From Polyangiaceae bacterium (GTDB lineage Bacteria; Myxococcota_A; Polyangia; Polyangiales; Polyangiaceae), in NCBI GenBank assembly GCA_033763455.1, contig JANRKO010000060.1:1-64000 (forward strand): a DNA stretch of 64,000 nucleotides. The letters are read 5' to 3'. Position numbers and translations under genes: made by a program. Positions 1 through 9,899 of the stretch are shown piece by piece. The notes beneath the pieces are model-generated. The model saw only the letters and a list, made by a program, of their open reading frames with translations. It was not told the origin of the DNA and searched no databases. Every line of letters starts with the position of its first letter. Position 1 is the first letter of the stretch.

Positions 1-78
1 TTTGCAGAGCCGAACTGCCCCGGCTCTGAACTCCGGCGTGAACACTCGCCGTTTCCTTCGTTGATGTTTCTTGACCAT
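1..78 (-). CDS. IS3-family transposase OrfA, N-terminal fragment (truncated by window edge)
   Basis: Translates MVKKHQRRKRRVFTPEFRAGAVRLCK, matching the RR-x-(F/Y)-T-x-EF-(K/R)-x-x-AV-x-L start of IS3 HTH_Tnp_1 OrfA. Not in the ORF track. Confidence 0.85.
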   Translation of the reverse strand, partial: MVKKHQRRKRRVFTPEFRAGAVRLCK

Positions 79-138
79 GGATCACTCCTGGCGCATTCTC
101 GCGCTTTCTTGGGTGTCCACCAACTCGGGGGATCTTCA
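1..138 (-). mobile_element. Left end of an IS3-family insertion sequence (element continues left of the window)
   Basis: Minus strand starts TGAAGATCCCCCGAGTTGGTGGACACCC (111-138), a typical IS3 5'-TG terminal inverted repeat. It is followed by a GGAG RBS and an OrfA start at 78. Confidence 0.8.
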
Positions 139-213
139 CACTTTGTTCCCCCGGCGACGTATCCGCCTGACTCGGATCTAGTAGAATTCGAGGTGTGGGA
201 CCCGTACACCTAG
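139..213 (+). pseudogene. Possible 3' remnant of a gene interrupted by the IS3 insertion
   Basis: Open frame abutting the IS end reads HFVPPATYPPDSDLVEFEVWDPYT*, with protein-like composition and no start codon. Confidence 0.3.
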
Positions 214-635
214 TAGAGATGAATATCCGCGAAGCCGTGCCGAAATCGGACTTTTGGGTGAAACCGAAATGTGGGAGCACCTTGAGGTGAAACGGTGCGC
301 CCTACACGGCCTAAAAGCCGCGCGAAGGTCCACACGCGGCAGGTGCGCGGGGGCCAAACACTCGATGCACTGGCACCAGCGTTGACCGGCCGTTGATTCG
401 GCGGCTATGACCTTGGGGGTTTTGTGGCTTCGAATTTCTTGCGCGCCTTTCAAACGCGACGGAGTAGTTACTTGGGTTCGCGCGGGCGAATCGCGGCTAT
501 GCTCCACCGATGGCACCGAATGGCCAGGCGCCCACAAACAATATCGAAGGTCGGTCATGGGCCTGACCCGCTCGTTGGTTTGTACTTCGAGATCCAAGGC
601 GCGCATCATCAATGCGTCAGAGTAGGAATGCAGCC

Positions 636-3425
636 TTGAACGCCGTCGAGATCGAACAGGCCATCACAGACCTCGCCGAAAAGCCCTTTGATCCGGCGAA
701 TTTTCCGTACGCGTTCCTCGAAGCATTCGGGAACAAGGAGACGACGCTCAAGCGCCTTCGTGCGGGAGCATCTAACAAGTCCGACCTCGGCGGGGTTCTT
801 CAGACGAACAACATCCACATCCTGACCTGTGACCCTGGGCAGGTACCGAGCGCGTTCAAGGCCCTCAGAGAGAGCCCTGCAACGGCCAGGGGCAAAGCGA
901 AATTCATCCTCGCTACCGATGGATCCGAGTTTGAAGCGGAAGACTTGGCTAGCGGCGCGACTGTCGTCTGCGCGTTCAAAGACTTCCCCGACCACTTCGG
1001 CTTCTTTCTCCCGCTCGCGGGCATCAGCACCGTCCGGCAGATCAGCGAGAACGCGTTCGACATTCGCGCGACCAGCCGCCTGAATCGCCTCTACGTTGAG
1101 CTGTTGAAGGACAACCCCGAGTGGGGCAAAGCCGAGCGCCGTCACGACATGAACCACTTCATGGCGCGGCTGATCTTCTGCTTCTTCGCCGAAGACACCA
1201 ACATCTTCGTCGGCAAAGGTAAGTTCACAGAAACCGTGGAGCAGATGAGCGCCAAGGACTCATCGAACACCCATGAGGTCATCAGCGAGCTCTTCCGCGC
1301 CATGAACACCAAGCGTGAAGAAAGGGCCGCCGCCAAGATTGCCCGCTGGGCCACGGACTTCCCGTACGTAAACGGAGGCTTGTTCTCGGGAAGCATGGAC
1401 GTGCCGAGGTTCAGCAAGATCGCGCGCTCTTACCTCGTGCATGTAGGCCGCCTCGACTGGACCAAGATCAACCCTGACATCTTCGGCTCGATGATCCAGG
1501 CGGTTGCCGACGACGAAGAACGCGGTGAGCTGGGGATGCACTACACGAGTGTTCCCAATATTCTCAAGGTCCTCAACCCACTCTTCCTGGACGAGCTGCG
1601 AGCGAAACTGGATGAGGCCGGTGACAATGCTCGCTCTCTCCTCAACCTGCGCAAGCGCATGTCTAGGATCCGCGTCTTCGACCCAGCGTGCGGCTCGGGA
1701 AACTTTCTCGTGATCGCCTACAAAGAGATGCGAGCGATTGAGGCAGAGATCAACGGGCGTCGAGGCGAGTTGACTCTTCTATCTGAGATTCCGCTGACGA
1801 ATTTTCGTGGAATAGAGCTGCGAGATTTTCCAGCAGAAATCGCGCGCCTCGCTCTGATCATCGCAGAGTACCAGTGCGACGTGCTCTATCGAGGCCAGAA
1901 GCTCGCTCTGGCAGAGTTTCTCCCCCTTCGCGACGCGAACTGGATCACCTGCGGCAATGCTCTTCGTCTTGAATGGCTAAGCATCTGCCCACCGAGGGGC
2001 AAAGGGGTCAAGCAGGCGGAATCGACGAATGATTCGTTCGTTCCGCCAATAAGCCAATCAGAGATCGAGTTTGAGAATGAGGACGGCGAGACCTACATTT
2101 GTGGAAATCCTCCCTACAAGGGCAGCAACTGGCGAACCAAAGAGCAGACAAGGGAGCTGAGCGACCTAATCGCTCATCGAACGAAGTTCTGGAAGGCACT
2201 CGACTATGTGTGCGGGTGGATAATTAAGGCAGCAGACTATGGTCGCGTTGTTCCGTCGACTTGTGCGTTCGTCACCACGAACTCCATTTGCCAAGGACTC
2301 CAGGCATCTATCCTGTGGCCACACGTCTTCGATGCCGGCCAAGAGATTGCGTTTGCGCACACGTCGTTCAAGTGGTCCAATCTTGCCAGTAGGAATGCTG
2401 GGGTTTCGGTCGTGGTCGTAGGGATTGCATCCGCGCCACTCAAGGAACGCTGGCTCTACGAAGCCAGCGGCAACGAAGAACTACGGGCGAGACAAGTTGA
2501 CAATATCAACGCCTACTTGCTGAACGCGAAAAATGTCTTTGTTGATAGCGCGAAAGCGCCGCTCGGATTCGACGCCGAAATCACAGACGGCAGCGGTGCC
2601 CTGGATGGTGGACATCTGATCCTCGATCGACGCACTCGCGATCACCTTGTCAGCGAATCGGCAGGCCGCTTCGCTAATTATGTTCGACCATACATGGGGT
2701 CAGCGGAATTCATAAAAGGATCTCTCCGATGGTGTCTCTGGATCGAAGACGAGTGTGTGTCAGATGCGCTGCAGTGTGAAGAAATCGCTCTACGCGTGAA
2801 GGCTGTCAAGGCGTACCGAGCTAGCGGCGGAACACGGGCGCGAACTGCCGTATCGCGTCCGCACAAATTCGCATGGACCAACAAGCGCAGCAGCCCACAG
2901 ATCATTGTTCCAACGGTGTTTTCTGAGAAACGTGAGTATGTTACGGCTGGCTATTTGGATGATACGGTTATCGTGAACAATGCCGCTAGCATCATTCAGA
3001 ACCCCAAGCTCTACGTGTTCTCAATCGTATCATCCACTGTCCATATGGCGTGGGTGAAGGCCGTCGCAGGAAAACTGGAAGACCGTATCCGATATACTTC
3101 TGCAACCTGTTACAACACATTCCCGTTGCCAGCCTTGACTGAGAAGAACAAGTCAGATCTGACACTTTGCGCCGAAGATATCCTACTAGCGCGAGAGCGG
3201 CACTTCCCAGCCACCATCGCAGATCTTTACGACCCAGAAAACATGCCTGACGACCTTCGCGCAGCGCATGAGCGGAACGACGAGACTCTCGAGCGCATCT
3301 ACATCGGCCGCCGATTCAAGAACGATACCGAACGTCTGGAGAAGCTCTTCGAGCTGTATACGAAGATGAGCGCCGCATCCGCTCCGACCAAGGGCGCGGG
3401 CCGCAAAGCGAGAGGCAGCAAATGA
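636..3425 (+). CDS. yeeA: MmeI-like (YeeA/DnmA-type) N6-adenine DNA methyltransferase with target-recognition domain
   Basis: Motifs HYTS, FDPACGSGNFL (motif I) and GNPPY (motif IV), plus MmeI-like C-terminus (RIRYTSATCYNTFP, TIADLYDP, ERLEKLFELY). Probable TTG start at 636 after AGTAGGA. Confidence 0.9.
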   Translation: MNAVEIEQAITDLAEKPFDPANFPYAFLEAFGNKETTLKRLRAGASNKSDLGGVLQTNNIHILTCDPGQVPSAFKALRESPATARGKAKFILATDGSEFEAEDLASGATVVCAFKDFPDHFGFFLPLAGISTVRQISENAFDIRATSRLNRLYVELLKDNPEWGKAERRHDMNHFMARLIFCFFAEDTNIFVGKGKFTETVEQMSAKDSSNTHEVISELFRAMNTKREERAAAKIARWATDFPYVNGGLFSGSMDVPRFSKIARSYLVHVGRLDWTKINPDIFGSMIQAVADDEERGELGMHYTSVPNILKVLNPLFLDELRAKLDEAGDNARSLLNLRKRMSRIRVFDPACGSGNFLVIAYKEMRAIEAEINGRRGELTLLSEIPLTNFRGIELRDFPAEIARLALIIAEYQCDVLYRGQKLALAEFLPLRDANWITCGNALRLEWLSICPPRGKGVKQAESTNDSFVPPISQSEIEFENEDGETYICGNPPYKGSNWRTKEQTRELSDLIAHRTKFWKALDYVCGWIIKAADYGRVVPSTCAFVTTNSICQGLQASILWPHVFDAGQEIAFAHTSFKWSNLASRNAGVSVVVVGIASAPLKERWLYEASGNEELRARQVDNINAYLLNAKNVFVDSAKAPLGFDAEITDGSGALDGGHLILDRRTRDHLVSESAGRFANYVRPYMGSAEFIKGSLRWCLWIEDECVSDALQCEEIALRVKAVKAYRASGGTRARTAVSRPHKFAWTNKRSSPQIIVPTVFSEKREYVTAGYLDDTVIVNNAASIIQNPKLYVFSIVSSTVHMAWVKAVAGKLEDRIRYTSATCYNTFPLPALTEKNKSDLTLCAEDILLARERHFPATIADLYDPENMPDDLRAAHERNDETLERIYIGRRFKNDTERLEKLFELYTKMSAASAPTKGAGRKARGSK

Positions 3426-5479
3426 CCGACAAAAACAAAGCGGTTCCGTCCGTTTCCGTCACCTACGCCCGCAACGGAGCTTCGACCAAGGCCAACGCTT
3501 TGGGGATGCGCCCCATGCAGGAGCGAGTCTACGAACGACGCGGGGAGCAATACCTGCTCATCAAGTCGCCTCCAGCATCCGGCAAGAGCCGCGCCCTGAT
3601 GTTCGTCGCGCTCGACAAGCTCAAAAATCAGGGATTAAAGCAGGCCATCATTGTGGTGCCGGAGAGGTCTATCGGCTCCAGCTTCAACGATGAGCCTCTC
3701 TCACAGCATGGGTTCTGGTCCGACTGGCATGTCGAGCCCAAATGGAACCTCTGCAACGCGCCCGGAACGGACAACGGCGGAAAGGTGAAGTCCCTCGGAG
3801 CTTTCCTCGAGAGCAATGACGAAGTGCTCGTCTGTACCCACGCGACCTTCCGATTCGCCGTGGACGCCTTCGGCGTGGAGAGGTTCGACGACCGACTGAT
3901 CGCGGTCGACGAGTTCCACCACGTTTCATCCAACCCCGACAATAAGCTCGGTTTGCATCTGAGCGAGTTCATCTCGCGAGGGAAGACTCACATCGTTGCC
4001 ATGACCGGCTCCTACTTTCGCGGCGACGCGGAAGCGGTGTTGTCCCCCTCGGACGAAGCGAACTTCGAAACGATCACTTATACCTACTACGAGCAGCTCA
4101 ATGGGTACGAGCACCTGAAGAAGCTTGAGATCGGCTACTTCTTCTACAGTGGCCCATACGTGGATGACATCCTAAACGTGCTCGATCCCAAGGAGAAAAC
4201 GATCATCCACATCCCCAACGTCAATTCGCGCGAGAGCACGAAGGACAAGATGCGCGAGGTCGAGCACATCATTGAGGCGCTGGGAGAATGGCAAGGCATC
4301 GATGCATTAACGGGCTTCCAACTGGTCAAACGCGCCGATGGCAGCATCCTCAGAATCGCCGACCTGGTCGACGATGATGGGGCAAAGCGAGATCGTGTCT
4401 CCGCTTCACTCAAGGACCCAACGCAGAAGAACAATCGCGATCATGTGGACATCATCATCGCTCTAGGCATGGCGAAGGAGGGGTTCGACTGGATCTGGTG
4501 CGAGCACGCCCTCACGGTTGGCTACCGCGCAAGCTTGACGGAGATCGTTCAAATCATCGGGCGCGCAACGCGGGATGCGCCGGGGAAGACGCGCGCTCGC
4601 TTCACGAACCTAATTGCCGAACCCGACGCTTCCGAGGAAGCCGTTACTGAGGCAGTCAACGATACGCTCAAGGCTATCGCAGCAAGTCTGTTGATGGAAC
4701 AGGTCCTGGCCCCTCGCTTTGAGTTCAAGCCGAGGAACCCCGAAAACGGCCCCACCCCTGGCTTCGACTACGGAGAGGGCGGCTACGATCCCACCAAGTC
4801 GAACGTTGGCATCAATCACGCCACGGGGCAGGTCCAGATCGAGATCAAGGGTCTCGTCGCACCCAAGAGCGAGGAGGCCGCTCGCATCTGCGCAGAAGAT
4901 CTGAACGAGGTAATCGCTACCTTTATTCAGGACAAGACAAACGTGGAACGAGGCTTGTTCGATGAGGAATTGGTTCCAGAGGAGCTGACCCAGCTTCGCA
5001 TGGGGAAGATCGTCAAAGATCGGTACCCGGAGCTCGACGCGGAGGACCAGGAGGCGGTGCGTCAGCACGCCATCGCGGCACTCAACCTAACGCAGCAAGC
5101 GAAGCAGCGCGCCACAGGCGGCGACGAAGACGCGTCCTCTCCCAACACAGCCATCCTTGATGGCGTTCGCCGTTTCGCGATGGACGTCAGGGAGCTGGAC
5201 ATCGACCTCATCGACCGCATCAACCCGTTCGGAGAAGCGTACGCCATTCTCGCCAAGACCATGAGCGAGGAGAGCCTCAAGCAAGTGGCCGCTTCAATCG
5301 CGGCCAAGCGCACAAATCTCACTCCCGAAGAGGCGAAGGCCCTTGCTGTGCGCGCGGTTCAATTCAAGAAGGAGCGAGGACGTGTGCCGACGCTCGACGC
5401 ACGGGATGCGTGGGAGCGGCGGATGGCGGAAGGCGCCGCGGCGTTCATGCGGTTCAAGAAGGAAGGGCGTTATGACTGA
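3422..5479 (+). CDS. yeeB: YeeB-type SF2 DEAD/DEAH-box helicase/ATPase
   Basis: Walker A SPPASGKS, Walker B DEFHH, motif III MTGS, motif VI QIIGRATR. Overlaps the upstream stop by 4 bp. Confidence 0.9.
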   Translation: MTDKNKAVPSVSVTYARNGASTKANALGMRPMQERVYERRGEQYLLIKSPPASGKSRALMFVALDKLKNQGLKQAIIVVPERSIGSSFNDEPLSQHGFWSDWHVEPKWNLCNAPGTDNGGKVKSLGAFLESNDEVLVCTHATFRFAVDAFGVERFDDRLIAVDEFHHVSSNPDNKLGLHLSEFISRGKTHIVAMTGSYFRGDAEAVLSPSDEANFETITYTYYEQLNGYEHLKKLEIGYFFYSGPYVDDILNVLDPKEKTIIHIPNVNSRESTKDKMREVEHIIEALGEWQGIDALTGFQLVKRADGSILRIADLVDDDGAKRDRVSASLKDPTQKNNRDHVDIIIALGMAKEGFDWIWCEHALTVGYRASLTEIVQIIGRATRDAPGKTRARFTNLIAEPDASEEAVTEAVNDTLKAIAASLLMEQVLAPRFEFKPRNPENGPTPGFDYGEGGYDPTKSNVGINHATGQVQIEIKGLVAPKSEEAARICAEDLNEVIATFIQDKTNVERGLFDEELVPEELTQLRMGKIVKDRYPELDAEDQEAVRQHAIAALNLTQQAKQRATGGDEDASSPNTAILDGVRRFAMDVRELDIDLIDRINPFGEAYAILAKTMSEESLKQVAASIAAKRTNLTPEEAKALAVRAVQFKKERGRVPTLDARDAWERRMAEGAAAFMRFKKEGRYD

Positions 5480-6701
5480 TCCTGACCTCGACGAACTTGC
5501 TGACGAGTTATCCGACTTTGCCGCCCCGGAGAAAGCTGGTGGTCGCCCTCCTCGCGAGGAGCGGATCATCGCTGGGTTCGAGGAGATTCAACGCTTCGTC
5601 GAGCAGCATGGGCACGTGCCGCGACACGGCGAGGACCTCGACATCTTCGAGCGGCTTTACGCCGTGAGACTCGATCGCCTGCGCTCCCAGCGTGATTGCC
5701 GCGCGTTGCTAGCCCCAATGGACCATCAGGGACTGCTTGGCTCGGCGAGCTACCAACTGCCATCTGAAACGGTTCTCACGGTCGCGGAGCCCCACGATGT
5801 GGACGAGTTGGCAGCAGAGTTGGCCGGTTTCGAAGCCGCCCAGGACATTACCGCCATGCGCTACGTTCGCACTTATGCCGACAAACGCGCTGCAGAGGAG
5901 GTTGCTGACCGAAAACCTTGCCAAGACTTCAAGACATTCGAGCCTCTATTCGAGAAGGCGACGCAGGATGTCCGGAGTGGTTTGCGCCAATCTCAGGCCA
6001 TTACGGCAGGTAATCGCGCAATTGTGGCAGGGGACTTCTTTGTACTGGATGGCATCACCGTCTACGTGGCTGAGGTGGGAGAACCACTCAAGACGACTGC
6101 GGGAGAGGTTGACCGACGCTTGCGGCTCATCTTCGCGAATGGCACGGAGAGCAACCTCCTGCTTCGCTCGCTCCAACGTGCTTTTTACAATGACCCCACG
6201 GCACGCCGACTTGTATCTCCCGACACCGGACAGCTTTCGTTCAGCGGAGAATTCGAATCGGACGATGTGGCGAGCGGAACGATCTATGTTCTACGGTCCC
6301 GCTCCGACCATCCCTACGTCGCGCAGCATCGCAACTTGATTCACAAGATTGGCGTTACGGGCGGTAAGGTGGAAACACGGATTGCGGGTGCCGAGAACGA
6401 CGCCACGTATCTGCTGGCCAAGGTAGAGGTCGTTGCAACCTACAAGCTGGCAGGGATCAACCGCTCGCGGATGGAGTCTCTCTTCCACAAGCTATTCGCT
6501 GGCGCGCGCCTGAATATCACGATCAACGACCGCTTCGGTCATCCCGTGCAGCCGGAGGAATGGTTCCTCGTTCCACTCTTCGTCATTGACGAGGCTGTCG
6601 AGCGAATCAAAGACGGGACAATTACCAGCTACGCCTATGATCCGCAGGCTGCAAGCCTTGTGAGGGCCCCGACCACCTCGCGCACTAGCCGCACGCAGTA
6701 G
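5472..6701 (+). CDS. yeeC: YeeC-type GIY-YIG (T5orf172/MUG113-like) nuclease-domain protein
   Basis: C-terminal GTIYVLRS...HKIGVTGGKVETRI...MESLFHKLF...EEWF. ATG at 5472 overlaps the yeeB stop. Confidence 0.85.
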   Translation: MTDPDLDELADELSDFAAPEKAGGRPPREERIIAGFEEIQRFVEQHGHVPRHGEDLDIFERLYAVRLDRLRSQRDCRALLAPMDHQGLLGSASYQLPSETVLTVAEPHDVDELAAELAGFEAAQDITAMRYVRTYADKRAAEEVADRKPCQDFKTFEPLFEKATQDVRSGLRQSQAITAGNRAIVAGDFFVLDGITVYVAEVGEPLKTTAGEVDRRLRLIFANGTESNLLLRSLQRAFYNDPTARRLVSPDTGQLSFSGEFESDDVASGTIYVLRSRSDHPYVAQHRNLIHKIGVTGGKVETRIAGAENDATYLLAKVEVVATYKLAGINRSRMESLFHKLFAGARLNITINDRFGHPVQPEEWFLVPLFVIDEAVERIKDGTITSYAYDPQAASLVRAPTTSRTSRTQ

Positions 6702-6876
6702 GACGGGGGGAAAGAACGATGGCACACAACCCCAACGCCTTTGCATCAAAGTCATCTTCGGTAGCGCAACATAACACCGGGCCCGTCACATGCACGCGGT
6801 CTCAGCCGCAACGCAGCGTTGACCACCATGCCCCCCTTTGAAATCTTTCGGAACCAAACTAACTTCGGCCACCAAA

Positions 6877-8073
6877 CTAAGGCGCACTCTTACGAACCCC
6901 GCCCTTTTTCTGAGGTTTCGTATTCGCTGGCAATTTAGCTCGTTCCTCGGCCGCTTTCGCTTCTCGTTCTGCAGCCTCCTTTGCGACACGAGCATTCACT
7001 CGAGCCAAGAAGGATTTAATTTGATCGCGTGCTTGCCCGAGCACCGGCCAGGCGTCGTTGCAAACGGTGAGTGCGGGTGCTGCTTCGGACAAGAGGCTCA
7101 GCTTGGAGACAGGTACCTTGCCCCGTTGCGTTACTTGAACTGACTGAAAGGATGTCTCAATTTTGGAGGTGAGCTCGGAAAGTTGCGCGGTTTGATCGCC
7201 TGCGCTCACAAAGCTGGTACCGCAGCTAGCTTCCGTAGTGGCTAGTGGAGCCTCGCGGGAGAGCAATAGTGTGAACGTTTCTGCATCTTCCGCAGGGCGA
7301 AATGCCAGGATCATGCGGAGCGAACCGTGCTGGGCGTTTGGAAAGCTGGCACTGAGAGAGGACAGGCCATCCTGTTCGGTGATGTGCACGGTGGCGGAAT
7401 TGGGCGAGGCCTTCGCCTGCTGACGGGAGGCGGGTGTTGGCGTGCTGGCATTGGCACTACTGGTTTCAGCGTTATCTAAAGGTTTGCTCGGTAAGGCTTC
7501 CGCATGTGCGCTGGGCCATACGGAAAGACCGATGAGGAGGCCAAGGCTCGTGCCACTTGATGTTAGCCGGGCGCCGTTGGGTCCACTGGAGCCTGATCCG
7601 TAGGCGCCAAAGAGGTTTGCATCGAGCGATAATCTGCTGTTGACAAAGCTGTGCACGCCTAGCTCCAGGCCTGCCCGGAGTTCATTCGCACCCGCGCTCT
7701 TGTTCGACGTGCTTCCATAGCCGATAAACAGACCCGCGTAGGGCGTAACGTTGCCCGGTGCGAACCAATATTCGACGCTCGGTTCAACGCTCGAAGCATC
7801 TACGAGCTTGAGCCCCAAGAGCACCTTGTCCGACAACAGGTACGCGGCTGTTAGCGTGCCTTTTCCCAAAAGACCGAACTCCGTAGTGGTAGCCTTGGGG
7901 GGCGCATTAGGTCCGCTCGTTTTGATGGTGGTGGATTGGAGAAAGGTCCCCCGGATCCCAAGCTGCACGTCGCCTGCGGTTGGCGCTGCCGAAGCCGTGC
8001 CACCCGCCGTGATCAGGAGCGAAAACGTGCAGAAAGGGCCGATGAGATTCTTGGAATACGGTAGTTTCGACAT
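6877..8073 (-). CDS. Outer-membrane beta-barrel (OmpA/OmpW-like N-domain) protein with linker and unknown C-terminal domain
   Basis: Signal peptide (…GGTASA/A), alternating amphipathic strands (VEYWF, PYAGLFIGY, LELGVHSF, LLIGLSVW), Pro/Ser/Thr linker, then a domain with 2 Cys and a Lys/Glu-rich tail. Confidence 0.6.
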   Translation of the reverse strand: MSKLPYSKNLIGPFCTFSLLITAGGTASAAPTAGDVQLGIRGTFLQSTTIKTSGPNAPPKATTTEFGLLGKGTLTAAYLLSDKVLLGLKLVDASSVEPSVEYWFAPGNVTPYAGLFIGYGSTSNKSAGANELRAGLELGVHSFVNSRLSLDANLFGAYGSGSSGPNGARLTSSGTSLGLLIGLSVWPSAHAEALPSKPLDNAETSSANASTPTPASRQQAKASPNSATVHITEQDGLSSLSASFPNAQHGSLRMILAFRPAEDAETFTLLLSREAPLATTEASCGTSFVSAGDQTAQLSELTSKIETSFQSVQVTQRGKVPVSKLSLLSEAAPALTVCNDAWPVLGQARDQIKSFLARVNARVAKEAAEREAKAAEERAKLPANTKPQKKGGVRKSAP

Positions 8074-8191
8074 TGAAAGGATGGCGGCACGCGTACCATC
8101 GGCGTGTGAAGCCGGGCAAGCATCGTCAGCTCAATTGACTTCCTGAGGGCCGCGTGTGAGAACGCAAAGTGTATTTCTTAGGGTTGTGGTG

Positions 8192-9898
8192 ATGAAAATA
8201 AAGGTTTCGCAGGTGGGTTGGGTCGGGCTTGGTCTCGCGCACATGGCCATCGCATGCTCTAGTGATCCACCTGGCCAGGTCTCGGCCCAGGCGGGAGCCG
8301 GCGGCGTACCATCGGCGGGCACAGGCTCTCGTTTTGGCGCCTCAGGTGGCAAGCTATCGAGCGCTGGAATGGCGGGCGTGGGCAGCGTGCCGCAACCTCC
8401 CATGTGCCGTAAAACATCGGATATTGACGCGCCGGACGGCGAATTTACGGATGCCAACTGCGATGGCATCGACGGGGACAAGGCGAAGGGCGTTTTCGTC
8501 TCGCCGAATGGTATCGACACAGCGAGCGGCGCTTTTGGCGCGCCGGTGAAGACAATCGCCAAGGGCATAGCTCTCGGGATCGCGGGTAAGAAAGATGTCT
8601 ATGTGTGTCAGGGGGAGTACGCCGAGAATCTTGTGGTTGAAGGCAACGTTAGCCTGGGAGTGTATGGTGGATATGTTTGCTCGGATTGGAAGCGGACGAA
8701 TCAACGGCCTATTGTGAATCCTGTAGCTGGGTTCCCGTTGCGTGTGAAAAATGTTTCAGGAGAGTTGGTGGTGGATAGGCTGGAGTTCTTGGCGCCTGAC
8801 GCGAAAGAGCCCTCGGGGAGCTCGATTGCGGCGTTAGTAACGAGTTCTAAACGCGTGCTTTTTCAGCAGGTGAGGTTGCAGGCCGGAAAGGGGGCTCCTG
8901 GTGCTGCCGGGACAACGCCAGCGGCGGTCCCCACCGCTCCTCCGCAAGCTCCCAAGGGCGAAGATAGCCTTGCGGTGGGCGTTGAATGCGACTGCGCGAC
9001 CGCGCCTGCGGCATGCTTTCTAGCCCCCGGGTTTACCTTCATGAGTCAGAGTTGCGAAACGCCCGAAGGGCCGCTACAGGTTTACACTGGGAGGGGTGGT
9101 GACGGGGCGAACGTGAAGAGTTGCTTTCTTGGGAACGCGGCAGGGGGCGTGGGGAAGCCAGGCTTACCGGATGACGGAGCTGCGGGGCAAAACGGAGTAC
9201 CTGGTGCAGTAGGTCAGGGGATCGGTACCTTTTCAGAAGAAGGCTATATCGCCAGCAATCGCGGGCTCCCAGGAGGTCTAGGTTTGCCGGGTAAGTCGGG
9301 TCGAGGTGGCACTGGCGGAACGAGCGATGTTTCATTCACGGCCGTCGGCGGCAACGCAGATTATTGGTGGGTTGGTGGTCGCGGTGGATACGGTGGGATC
9401 CCGGGCTGTGGCGGCCTTGGAGGGGGACCAGGAAGCGCGGGTGGCGCCAGCATTGGCCTCCTGAGTCGGGAATCAGAGGTTAATCTAGATTGGTCTACGG
9501 TGAATACGGTGGCCGGAGGCGCCGGTGGTGACGGTGTACAAGGCGCCGCCGGCCAGCCTGGCGGATTAGGGGGGCCCCCCGGTCGCTGTGGGATCTCAGC
9601 CGCCGCGCTTTGCGGTGCCACGGCGGGCCAGAAAGGTGGTGACGGGGGCAAGGGCGGTGATGGAGGCCCTGGTGGTGGCGGTCCCTCCTTGGGCGTTGTT
9701 GCCGTGGGGATAGCCCCTTTGCTCACCGCTGTTTCGTTCGACGTCGGCCGCGGGGGCCTCGGGGGAAAGAGCGTCGCCAACAGCGTGGTGCCTGATGCAC
9801 TGCCGGGGATCTCCGCAGATTATTGGCCGGTGGATATTCGCCCTGTTGTTAACGGCGCCGCAGGTGCAGCGGGTATGGCTGGAAAAGGAGGCATCTAA
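8192..9898 (+). CDS. Gly-rich (PGRS-like) myxobacterial lipoprotein with DUF1565/pectin-lyase-like beta-helix
   Basis: Lipobox AIAC, DANCDGIDGD...GVFVSPNGID...PVKTI motif, and long GxxGxxG repeats. Confidence 0.75.
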   Translation: MKIKVSQVGWVGLGLAHMAIACSSDPPGQVSAQAGAGGVPSAGTGSRFGASGGKLSSAGMAGVGSVPQPPMCRKTSDIDAPDGEFTDANCDGIDGDKAKGVFVSPNGIDTASGAFGAPVKTIAKGIALGIAGKKDVYVCQGEYAENLVVEGNVSLGVYGGYVCSDWKRTNQRPIVNPVAGFPLRVKNVSGELVVDRLEFLAPDAKEPSGSSIAALVTSSKRVLFQQVRLQAGKGAPGAAGTTPAAVPTAPPQAPKGEDSLAVGVECDCATAPAACFLAPGFTFMSQSCETPEGPLQVYTGRGGDGANVKSCFLGNAAGGVGKPGLPDDGAAGQNGVPGAVGQGIGTFSEEGYIASNRGLPGGLGLPGKSGRGGTGGTSDVSFTAVGGNADYWWVGGRGGYGGIPGCGGLGGGPGSAGGASIGLLSRESEVNLDWSTVNTVAGGAGGDGVQGAAGQPGGLGGPPGRCGISAAALCGATAGQKGGDGGKGGDGGPGGGGPSLGVVAVGIAPLLTAVSFDVGRGGLGGKSVANSVVPDALPGISADYWPVDIRPVVNGAAGAAGMAGKGGI

Positions 9899-9899
9899 A

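Noticed and set aside
190..345. Cluster of short hairpins upstream of yeeA as a possible ncRNA
   Set aside because: Stems are 4-6 bp, expected by chance at this GC content, and no recognisable RNA family motif is present.
178..612. 144-aa minus-strand ORF
   Set aside because: No recognisable motif or RBS and an atypical composition; probably spurious.
6853..6880. ACCAAACTAA direct repeat (GTTAG on the minus strand) as an integron att site
   Set aside because: No paired RYYYAAC/GTTRRRY attC structure, no integrase, and the second copy overlaps a stop codon.
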